Below are positions 48,311 through 57,300 of a DNA stretch of 64,000 nucleotides, one piece after another (the first letter of the stretch is position 1; every line of letters starts with the position of its first letter). The position numbers and the translations under genes were made by a program. The notes below the pieces were generated by a model, which had not been told where the DNA came from, ran no database searches, and worked only from the letters and a program-made list of their open reading frames with translations. The DNA comes from an uncultured Methanosarcinales archaeon (GTDB taxonomy: Archaea > Nanobdellota > Nanobdellia > Woesearchaeales > DATDXC01): contig CAZDZV010000007.1 of assembly GCA_964510025.1 (NCBI GenBank), positions 1 through 64,000 of the forward strand, read 5' to 3'.

Positions 48311-49198
48311 ATGAAAGTTGGGGGGGTAATGAATAGGCTATTTCCTAGAGCTAGAGTCATCTCTGTCTCGCCTATGAAAAAAGGTTGCGTCAATGAAACC
48401 TACGATATCAGGATTGAAAATCCGAAAAAAGACCTTGTTCTGAGAGTATATCCCAAAGAAGACTGGAAAGCTGTAAAAGAGGCTTATATCTATAAGCTTC
48501 TCTCGGAAGAAACTGACGTTCCGGTGCCGAAGGTCCTGTTTCTTGATACATCCAGAAAACTGCTCCCAAAAAAATATATTGTCTTGTCTAAGGTCAGGGG
48601 CAGCGAGCTGGACAAGAAGGATCCGAAGCTTGTCGCAAAAGCAGCTGAATACCTGGCTAAGATCCATAGGATTAGGTTCAGCAAGTTTGGCTGGATAATA
48701 AACAAGAAGATTAGGCCAAGCTTTGACAGCTGGCAGGCATTCTCAGAATATGACCTAAAGCATAAGATATCCGGTCTGAGGAGATATAAAAGGCTTAGCG
48801 CCCAAAAGGCAAAAAGGATATGGGAATATTTCAGGGCAAACATGGATCTGCTTGCAGCAGCCAGGCCGTGCCTGCTCCATAAGGACTATCATTCATCACA
48901 TATACTTACGGAAAAAGGCAGGATAACAGGCATAATAGACGTCGAGTGGGCGATATCCGGCCATAACGAGCTTGACCTGACAAAGTCCCTGATGTGGATG
49001 TTTGAAAGGGATAAGGCTGCAGAAAAGATATTCTTGAGGGCCTACGCAAGGTTCAATCCCATATCAGATGACTTTCCAAGCAGGAGGAAGCTCTACAGGC
49101 TCCTTATCTCAGTGAGCTCAGCGCTTTTCTCATGCCAGCTGAACAGTACAAGATGGCTCAGATATCATATGGATAATATCAGCAGGATAATAAGATGA
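48311..49198 (+). CDS. Aminoglycoside phosphotransferase/choline kinase-like protein
   Basis: GCVN-Y, LVLRV, VPVPKV, HKDYH-IL, GIIDVEW; start may be 48329. Confidence 0.82.
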   Translation: MKVGGVMNRLFPRARVISVSPMKKGCVNETYDIRIENPKKDLVLRVYPKEDWKAVKEAYIYKLLSEETDVPVPKVLFLDTSRKLLPKKYIVLSKVRGSELDKKDPKLVAKAAEYLAKIHRIRFSKFGWIINKKIRPSFDSWQAFSEYDLKHKISGLRRYKRLSAQKAKRIWEYFRANMDLLAAARPCLLHKDYHSSHILTEKGRITGIIDVEWAISGHNELDLTKSLMWMFERDKAAEKIFLRAYARFNPISDDFPSRRKLYRLLISVSSALFSCQLNSTRWLRYHMDNISRIIR

Positions 49199-49827
49199 AC
49201 ATAACAAAGCTTACAGAGCAGTATATACAGGCGCATCCGAGCGTCAAGGACTGCCTCAGGAAAGGCATGATCAACTATTCTGCGCTGACAAGGAAGATTG
49301 CAGAGGATTCCGGCCTGGACCTCAAAAAGAGCTTTGACGCTATACTCATCGCATGCAGGCGCTACTTCAGGAAGATAAAGAAGGAATCCATTCATGAGAA
49401 CAAGATCATTGACATCCTGAAAAAAAGCAAGCTTGAGGTTAAGAACAAGATAATCGTGGCTGTGATCGAGAAAGGCATCTATTTCAGCAACCTTTGGGAC
49501 CTCCAGAAATCAATCAAGGATAAATCAGAAATTTTTCACGTGATAGAGGGCAGCACTACAATAACCATAATTACTGCAGATGAGTTTAAGGAAGAGATAA
49601 AGAAGCTGTTCAGGAACAAAATCGTCAAGATATCTGAAGAGCTGGCTGAGGTAACGCTGAAGAGCACAGAAGAGCTTGAAAAGACCCCTGGAGTAGTGGC
49701 CTACCTTACATCCCTGTTGTCTGAGAACAACATAAACATCATCGAGACAATGTCGACCTGGACAGACACGCTGTTTGTGATAGAAGAGAAAGACATCGGA
49801 AAGGCGATGGTTGTGCTGAAGTTCTAG
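49195..49827 (+). CDS. Archaeal ACT-domain regulator (N-terminal HTH-like plus ACT)
   Basis: HPSVKDCL-GMINYSAL, TPGVVAYL-LL-NNINI-E-S-TDT. Confidence 0.82.
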   Translation: MNITKLTEQYIQAHPSVKDCLRKGMINYSALTRKIAEDSGLDLKKSFDAILIACRRYFRKIKKESIHENKIIDILKKSKLEVKNKIIVAVIEKGIYFSNLWDLQKSIKDKSEIFHVIEGSTTITIITADEFKEEIKKLFRNKIVKISEELAEVTLKSTEELEKTPGVVAYLTSLLSENNINIIETMSTWTDTLFVIEEKDIGKAMVVLKF

Positions 49828-49896
49828 TCAAAAACCGGAAAGTTTATATTTAAGCTTCGTCATAATGATTTTTACTATTCGAAAAAGGTGATACTT

Positions 49897-50568
49897 ATGG
49901 CTAAACAAGGATATGCTCTTGCTAAACAATATCTTGATCCAACAACCCAGAAGAAGCTGCAGGATGAGATAGGCGAAGAATTAGGCAATGCCATCGCTAA
50001 ATACCGTGCAGAGATCCGCGACAAGAAGACAGTTGAAGACCTGGATAAGTTTGCAGGGGATATGCAGCAAGCAGCCAAGGCTGTATTGCGTAAGCATCTT
50101 AAGATACAGGATGATGGTGAGCTGGATGCCATCGCACAAGGCATAATTGACCAGACCATCCGAAGCCATTTCAATATAGCTGAAGGAGATACCAAGACAT
50201 ACATGAGGCAGCATGGCATAGACAACTATGACCAGTTCCTCGCAGGCATGATACAGAATTCTCAGGAAAGAGCCCGACAAACATTGTATGAAAGAGCAGC
50301 CATGGTAGCTGACGAGCATCTGAAAGATTCCGGGAGAAGAGGGCAATTTCTTGATCACGCAGAAAAAGATTTTGCACCTGGTTATCAATGGACAGATGAT
50401 GCAAGAACAGCAGCAGATGCCAATCAGGTAACAGCTGTAATTAGGGATAGCCTGGAGGGCAGGTTAGCTCCAAGACATATCGACACTAATTATATGAATG
50501 TAGTCCAATACGACAAGGCACCGGCTGGATACCAGCCACCTGCAAAAAAGGCAAAAAAAGCTGCCTAA
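49897..50568 (+). CDS. Hypothetical protein, tandem paralog 1
   Basis: TATA and GGTGA RBS; similar to the two downstream ORFs. Confidence 0.78.
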   Translation: MAKQGYALAKQYLDPTTQKKLQDEIGEELGNAIAKYRAEIRDKKTVEDLDKFAGDMQQAAKAVLRKHLKIQDDGELDAIAQGIIDQTIRSHFNIAEGDTKTYMRQHGIDNYDQFLAGMIQNSQERARQTLYERAAMVADEHLKDSGRRGQFLDHAEKDFAPGYQWTDDARTAADANQVTAVIRDSLEGRLAPRHIDTNYMNVVQYDKAPAGYQPPAKKAKKAA

Positions 50569-50630
50569 ATAGAAAGTTTTATATATAGTTTATTACTTCC
50601 TAGTGATTAATATATTGACAAGGTGATAAA

Positions 50631-51299
50631 ATGCCAGAAAATCCTATGACAAACCCCCCTACTACAGATCTTGGAACGCTTGCAAGGTTACTTACAGATG
50701 AGAATAGAAGAGCTCTCCAGAATGATATCGGAGAGGCAGTGGGAAGTGTATTTGACCGGTATAGGGCAGGCATCAGAGCAAAAAGATATATAATAGATGT
50801 TGACCAGTTTGTGGATGACCTTGAAACTGCCCTGGTCGGAGTGATGGAAGATAGAGGATATTTGCCTCAACCAACAGATGCGGGTTTGCCTCTTGGCACA
50901 GCTGCAAGAAAAACTTTGTTAAGACAGATTCTTGGATATCAGAAATCCTCATTGAAAACTCAGTTGAAGCGGACTGATATAGATAACTATGACACCTTCA
51001 TGCCCAGGCTTATTGAAAATTTCAAGGGCAGTGCAATGAACTATGCTGATAGTGAAGCGCATGAGATTATCGATGGAATGCTCAAGACAGACCCGTCTAG
51101 AAATACATTCTGGGATTGGATTGATCGGATTATGCATAGCACCGAACCGGTAGGATATTTCGGTGTAAGCACAGACCTTAGAAGCGAAAGAGATCCATCT
51201 GTAGTCCTTAGGGTATTGGGACCGTTCTTTGACGGTTCAGCATCAAAAACAACTGCCGAAGCGACCCACGGGCTGGTAACATACGGTCCACCTTCTTAA
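50631..51299 (+). CDS. Hypothetical protein, tandem paralog 2
   Basis: TATA and AGGTGA RBS; shares LQ-IGE ... YRA-IR ... IDNYD-F with paralog 1. Confidence 0.78.
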   Translation: MPENPMTNPPTTDLGTLARLLTDENRRALQNDIGEAVGSVFDRYRAGIRAKRYIIDVDQFVDDLETALVGVMEDRGYLPQPTDAGLPLGTAARKTLLRQILGYQKSSLKTQLKRTDIDNYDTFMPRLIENFKGSAMNYADSEAHEIIDGMLKTDPSRNTFWDWIDRIMHSTEPVGYFGVSTDLRSERDPSVVLRVLGPFFDGSASKTTAEATHGLVTYGPPS

Positions 51300-51344
51300 T
51301 TTTTTTTCTCTTTATTGATATTACCTAAATAGTGGTCTGTAAGA

Positions 51345-52088
51345 ATGCAACAACAAATGTACCAACAGGTTGAAAGAATCGGAATACTTCTGCATCAAGG
51401 AAATAGGACTTTACTAAAGCAACAGGTCGGGGACGGATTCTGGGAAGCTATGAGTGACTACAAAGCCCAGATAAGATCCCCAGAGCAGATCCCGCTGCAC
51501 TTGGCCCAGAAGATGGCTGTAACGCTCTCTCAGATAATATCAGATGCTGTTAAAAAAGCCAAGATATACAGGCCTTCGGACAGTACCCATGTTGTGGGGG
51601 AGGTTCTGTTTGACGCTGGACTGGATGCAAATACAAGATATTTTGGCATGGCAGGCCTAGAAGCTAGGCTAAGGTCCAGAGAAACTGACTATGAGGCCTT
51701 TGTCGCAAGATTGATAGTTGAAAGACAGCAGGCATTGGATTCTGCCCTGCAAAAAGATGCAGTCAGGTTGATAGCTGGAATAATTGGAGAAAGCATCGTT
51801 ACGGCAGATGCAGAAAAAAGATATGCCTTTTTTGATATGAGCCAGGAGATGTACCTGACATCAGAAGTTGTCTATTGGACAGAGCATGCAAAATCAACAG
51901 CCAGGCCGTCAGATGTGGCTGATATTGTTTCTCACTGTGTAAATGGGACAGTAAGCCAGGCTGTGATTGCACAATCTAACGGTTTCCTTACAAGAACAAA
52001 GCCAGCTGTGATAACCCAGCCTGAAGAACAGGCCGCTACAAAAGGCGGATCACAAAGAACAAGCCCTGGTGGGATAATATTACCTTAA
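51345..52088 (+). CDS. Hypothetical protein, tandem paralog 3
   Basis: LKQQVGD ... YKAQIR ... TDYEAF ... WTEHA. Confidence 0.72.
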   Translation: MQQQMYQQVERIGILLHQGNRTLLKQQVGDGFWEAMSDYKAQIRSPEQIPLHLAQKMAVTLSQIISDAVKKAKIYRPSDSTHVVGEVLFDAGLDANTRYFGMAGLEARLRSRETDYEAFVARLIVERQQALDSALQKDAVRLIAGIIGESIVTADAEKRYAFFDMSQEMYLTSEVVYWTEHAKSTARPSDVADIVSHCVNGTVSQAVIAQSNGFLTRTKPAVITQPEEQAATKGGSQRTSPGGIILP

Positions 52089-52144
52089 TAAGCTTTCTAT
52101 CCTATTTTTTACCTTAAAGTAGTTAATAAACCGAAAAGTTTATA

Positions 52145-52173
52145 TAGTAGTATTTCTTACTACTTAGTAGTAT
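52145..52173. promoter_or_regulatory. Three AGTAGTA half-sites (direct, inverted, direct) just downstream of a TATA; putative RHH operator
   Basis: TAGTAGTAT 52145-52153, TACTACT 52158-52164, TAGTAGTAT 52165-52173; TATA at 52139-52146. Confidence 0.55.
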
Positions 52174-52245
52174 AAATAAGCCTTGCCGAAATCATCTATG
52201 GCTCATTGCAGCAGCCGCAGAGCCGTATCTACCCGGCCCTTGGAA

Positions 52246-52395
52246 ATGAAAAAAAAGATTTCAATATCGATCGATGAAGAGAAGGTTAGTCTAATAGAGA
52301 GCATAGTAGCCCAGGGAAAATTCCGAAATAAATCCCATATATTTGAATATGCTCTTGATTCTATGCTGAAGGAGGATAAGGATGCTGCCAGATAG
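52246..52395 (+). CDS. Ribbon-helix-helix (CopG/MetJ-like) protein
   Basis: MKKKISISID strand followed by helix-GKFRNKSH-helix. Confidence 0.82.
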   Translation: MKKKISISIDEEKVSLIESIVAQGKFRNKSHIFEYALDSMLKEDKDAAR

Positions 52396-53503
52396 CATAC
52401 ATGGCCCTTTCGGGAAATATAGGACGCCTGAAAGCCAGGCAAAGGCCAACAAATATGCCAATCTCCATAGCCATACCCCTCTTGATGTAGCTGTCGAGCT
52501 TGCTCACTCAGGCGGGAGATACGGCTATCCTTTCCTGAGAGAAAATTATGAGGCTGAAGTATTTGAGGGAGAGGTAAGGCATGAAGGAAGGTTTTCAAGA
52601 TGGCTTGCAGATAACGGGTTCTATGATGAGGTATCCAGCGATGCAGATATCGAAAATCCAGGCATAGTGGTGCCTGTAAAAGCAAGGCAGTCTGAGCATC
52701 AGCCTAATACCAGCCTGACAGCCTATGATTCAGCGTATCATTGTGACCTTAGGGAGATAGGCATATTGCTGTCAAAATCAGAAGACCTTAGGCAAAGTGT
52801 AGCGGGCTATCTTAGAAGCGAGGAAGGTCAGAAGCTTGTAGCTGCTCTGGCAGAAGCCGGCTATAGCTCTGCCGAGATAGAGGCCCTGGCAGTGGGGCTG
52901 GCTCCTGAAGAGGTTTTGTTCAGTGTAGTGAGCAGGGAAGAGGGGGCTGTTCTGCAGAGGCACAGGGATTTCTACAGGAAAGCCAGGAACGAGGCCGCAG
53001 CCTATGCAGAAGAGGTTAGCGGCTCCCTGGATCAGCAGCTAGGTGAACAGCTCTACATAAGGCAGGCTCTTGCTGAAGAGATAACCCATCTAGCCAGGAG
53101 AACAAAGGTAACAAGTTCAATAGCTGCGCTTCTTGAAGAGGCTGCGACAAAAGAGTTTGTCAGGGCCTTCTACGAAGATAATGCCAAAGGTCTGACAGGA
53201 GAAAAAGCAAGGGATTACCAGCTTTTGGAGGCCATGAAGGCAGTGGACCTTTCTACAACACTTGAAAGATATACCGAGCTGTACAGCATGGCATCAAGAG
53301 CAGGCTATTCTGCAGAAGAAATAGACGCAATAGTGGAAGGGGCGGTCGCTGAAGCAAAAAGCAAAGGCCTAAAGGGAAAAGCAGCTGCCGCATATGCGCT
53401 TGCGTCGGCTAGAGCCACAGTTCAGACAAAAGATGCTGAAGAGGCAGAAGAAAATCCTGAAGATCCAAAGGAAGACCCGGATGATGAATCATCTGAAGAG
53501 TGA
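52382..53503 (+). CDS. Hypothetical acidic protein with an EExxH motif
   Basis: 373-aa ORF overlapping the RHH gene; LAEEITH; acidic tail. Confidence 0.72.
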   Translation: MLPDSIHGPFGKYRTPESQAKANKYANLHSHTPLDVAVELAHSGGRYGYPFLRENYEAEVFEGEVRHEGRFSRWLADNGFYDEVSSDADIENPGIVVPVKARQSEHQPNTSLTAYDSAYHCDLREIGILLSKSEDLRQSVAGYLRSEEGQKLVAALAEAGYSSAEIEALAVGLAPEEVLFSVVSREEGAVLQRHRDFYRKARNEAAAYAEEVSGSLDQQLGEQLYIRQALAEEITHLARRTKVTSSIAALLEEAATKEFVRAFYEDNAKGLTGEKARDYQLLEAMKAVDLSTTLERYTELYSMASRAGYSAEEIDAIVEGAVAEAKSKGLKGKAAAAYALASARATVQTKDAEEAEENPEDPKEDPDDESSEE

Positions 53504-54319
53504 TGCATCGACCATATGCACTAGCCTTACAAACCATATCTTCACGAAAACAAAGGTAAAGACAAAGTTTGTTACAGACCACAGCACCAGGAAGATATTC
53601 GCTTCAGCGCTTTTCAGCATAAAAAAAGAAGCCATGCCCACAAGTGCAAGATCTATAATAGCTACAGGGACTATAAGGTAAGCCTTGGTGATACCTATCA
53701 GGAATGTTCTTTTTGCGATCAGTGCCATGTCATTTTCATGTATCAGGGAATAGGCTATAAAGGTGAAATAGTTCAGCACCATAAATCCAAAAAGGGCAAA
53801 TGCGACCTGGACCTTAGGGAATGTTGCCGAATTGACAGCAGTCTTCAGCGGCATTATCAGGAAGAGGAAAAGGATAGCTAGATACACTATCGTAATGATC
53901 AGAAAATTCAGCATATATCTTAGTATATGTGCAAGCCTCTTTTTCTTGTGCAGGTATACTGTTAGGGCCCAGTTAAGCCCTTCGAAAACTATGAAAATCG
54001 ACACAGCCAGGATTATGAAGAGCCGCAGGAACCCAAATATGATATCGTAGTTTTCATAAATCAGGGCAGGGTTCTCTCCGAACATGTCCTCCCCGGTGAT
54101 CAGCGATCTTGCCAGTGCTTCCTCATCCATCCTGAGCTGCTGTATATAGGAAAGCACCTCCTGGGTCGCCTCAAAGGCTGGCGTAAGCGTCAGCACCGTG
54201 TCCATACTGATCAGCATAAAGAAAACCAGCTGGACAAGAAATATCACCAGAACCGCCTTCTTGTGCTTGTTCATGAGCTTCAGTGATTCAAGCCATGACC
54301 TGAATATCAAATTTTTCAT
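53489..54319 (-). CDS. Hypothetical multi-pass membrane protein
   Basis: About 6 hydrophobic helices; ATGA coupling to the giant gene. Confidence 0.78.
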   Translation of the reverse strand: MKNLIFRSWLESLKLMNKHKKAVLVIFLVQLVFFMLISMDTVLTLTPAFEATQEVLSYIQQLRMDEEALARSLITGEDMFGENPALIYENYDIIFGFLRLFIILAVSIFIVFEGLNWALTVYLHKKKRLAHILRYMLNFLIITIVYLAILFLFLIMPLKTAVNSATFPKVQVAFALFGFMVLNYFTFIAYSLIHENDMALIAKRTFLIGITKAYLIVPVAIIDLALVGMASFFMLKSAEANIFLVLWSVTNFVFTFVFVKIWFVRLVHMVDASLFR

Positions 54320-57300
54320 ATTTTTGACTCTATTGTTATCTTTCCAGCTGCTGTTGCCTTTACAGGCTCGTTAGTACCGTCAGCTGCTATTATAGCTATG
54401 GTGACAGGTACGCCGTATAGAGCTGTATGCAGTGAGGATGTATCCCATTTCATCGTATATATTTCAGAGCCGTCATGCCGAGCAATGTCAGGAGCTATGC
54501 TCTTTATCTCCTGGTTCAGCCCGTTTGCCTCCAGCTTTATGCTTTCAAGCTTTGTCTCCTCCCTTATAGTTGCCCGGATCTCGACTTCATCTCCCTCAGC
54601 TGCTATGACATCGCCATACTCTCCCTGGATCATTATGTAGCTGACTACAGGGGGGCTGGTGTCTGAAGACAGCTCAGCATATGCCTCCTTGTGGCATCTT
54701 GATGATTCCCCTTCTTTAGCGTAGCAGTACCTGTATTCTTCTGGATTTCCTGGGACATAATTAGGCTTCTGATAGTCTGCCTTTTCTTCAGCTGTCTTAG
54801 CTCCAGCATAGCCGCAGTTGTAATAGTCTGCTTCATCAGACCCCATTATCCTGCCGCACACGCATCTATCAGCAACAGCACCTGCACCCGGGCATTCTGG
54901 GTACTTTCTGCAGACTCCGTCTGAGCAGTAGTGGTATTCCCCGTCCGGGCAGTTTTCCTGCATTCCTGCCACTGAATCCCTGGCAGAGCATACACATTGC
55001 TTCTGCCCGTCCAGATAGGTATCTTCATCACACCTGTTGCCTCTTTCTCCCATGCCGATATATATAGGGATATCGAAAGACTGCTTCACTCCTTCCCGTA
55101 CTATTATCTGGGTCTCATCATACTGTGCATGAGAGACAAGATTGCAGTTGCTCTCTTCATCCAGCGGGCTTCTGAGGTCAACATGAAGGTAATAGGAGGG
55201 CTCGTCGATGCTCTTTGTCCTTTGCTTGCTTTTTTCAAATACCACCGTAAAAACCCTGCTTCCGGCAGCGCCTTCCATGTTTACGTTGGAGATTGTGGCT
55301 GTTATCTCAACATCAAAATACCTGTCAAAATCAAATTCACAGATATCGTTCTGGCACATCTTCCTTATCTCGGCCACCCTTTTGTTGTTTATGCTGTATT
55401 TGTCATTGCTGTTCTCATCAAGCTGTATCCCGTTGTTGTCTGTATCGATGAACTCCATTGTTATCGACTTCCTCTCCCCAGGAGGGAATCTCTGGGAATC
55501 TGTTATATATATGGAAAGGCCGCCGTTGGCAGTGTTTCCGTCCCTTTGGTAGGAGATGGATGGGTCCATCATTGCATACGGGCTTGCATCATCCTCTTCG
55601 ATTCTTTTGTTCAGCCGGAAAGACTGGGTATCTACGCCTGTATCCCCTTCATGAAGAAGGATTGTCTGCGTGTAGCTTTCCTCTGCCTTTCTTGCCTTAT
55701 CCAGCAGCTTGACAGTCATGCACTGAAGCTTGTTGTCCTTGAAGTATGTAACCTCGCCTTCAAGCTTGTCGCCGGGATACAGTATTGCCCCGGTCTCCTC
55801 TGAGCCGCCCAGCGTCCTCAGGTCGATATCCTGCTTGTCAGGCCCTATGTTGATGCCGGTGACATAGGCCTGCCCGAATGGGTGAAGGAATGATGCTCCC
55901 TGGCTGCAGTCATAAGTGCCGCTTTCAGCATCCACGTAGCATGCTGCAAGCTCGCTTGGGGTGTAGTCTTTTATGGGGAAATAGAAGATGCCCTTGTCCC
56001 CTTCTGCATGGCCGTCAGGGAAGCACTTGCTTACATCCCCCTCCCCTCTTTCTATATTTCTTGCGTCTATCACTATCTTGATATGGTCATACCTGTATCT
56101 GTCCCTGACTATCCTGTTTCCGCTTGGTATCATGGTATGGTCTATATCCTCAAGGACATTCTGGCTCAGTGAGTCTCCATCATACAGCAGCCTGGTTATC
56201 TCCCTGTCCTGGTTCATGCAGGCACAGTCTGGCTTCTGGGGGCTTTCCACCTTATCGCACCTTATATCGCCATATTTTGCAAGCTCATTCTGGCTGATGC
56301 AGCTGAGATAGACATCATAATCATCAAAATTGCAGCCCGGATTTATCAGCCAGGAGGCTTTATACTCATATACTGATTTTCCAGTTACCGGATCAAACGT
56401 AAGGTACTCCCTTCCGGGCAGGACAGCCTGCACAAATGTCGCATATGGAGAGGCATAAGCCGCATCCATGAAGTTTTCTACGCTTAGATCCCAGTCATAG
56501 CCGAATGCTGCCAAGCACACCTTCCTTACGATGGCTTCCTCGCCCATGCCAAAGATGCTGTTCAGGTCTGCATTTCCGTATTCTGCCGCCATCTCCATCT
56601 GTGATTCCTTTACAGAGTCCAGCAAAGAGCCGACTCCTGCGACTATTGTAGTGGACCATGATGCCTCATCAGACTCCTGCAGCGACCCGAAAGGGCTGCA
56701 GCCGTCCCTTACCCAGACAAGTATCTTCCATATCATGGAGCATACATACTGTGAAAAAAGCTCTTTGCATACCCCGCTGTCAGCTTTGCCTGTTGTCCTC
56801 ACCTGAAGAAGGCATGACTTCAGCATCTGGGCAAGATTTCTGATAAATGCAAGCCTGTTGTATATTCCGCTTATAGATACGCACTGGAAGGTAGCCAGAT
56901 GGTCTGTGGAAGGATCCAGTATCAGTTCATCCTCCCCGTACCATATGTGGTTCTGGCCGAAGCATGCAGAAAAATCCCTGCCGTCTATATACCTGTGAGG
57001 GTCATATCTGTCTCTGACGCTTCCGGTAAGGCTTCCGGTCGCTTTCCAGTGTGTAAGGTGGTAGCGGTAGCTCCAGGCCATGTCCTCATAGCTGTCTGCA
57101 TGCGCTGCTTGGAAGGGCGGCTCCCTTCTTGTCTTTGATTCGACGTCATTAGGAACATAATATTGGCTGAAGCTCGTATCTGCAGAGCTGCTCAGGCAGC
57201 AGCATTCCATCCTCTTGTTCGGATCTCCGCTTACCGCATCCAGGCTATTGAGGCTCGGATGCCCCACACCATAAAAGCAGTCCTGCGTGTACCCTGCAGG

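Noticed and set aside
97..50568. C-terminal KAA/RAA endings on four proteins as a degradation or export tag
   Set aside because: Too short and spread over unrelated proteins; needs genome-wide statistics
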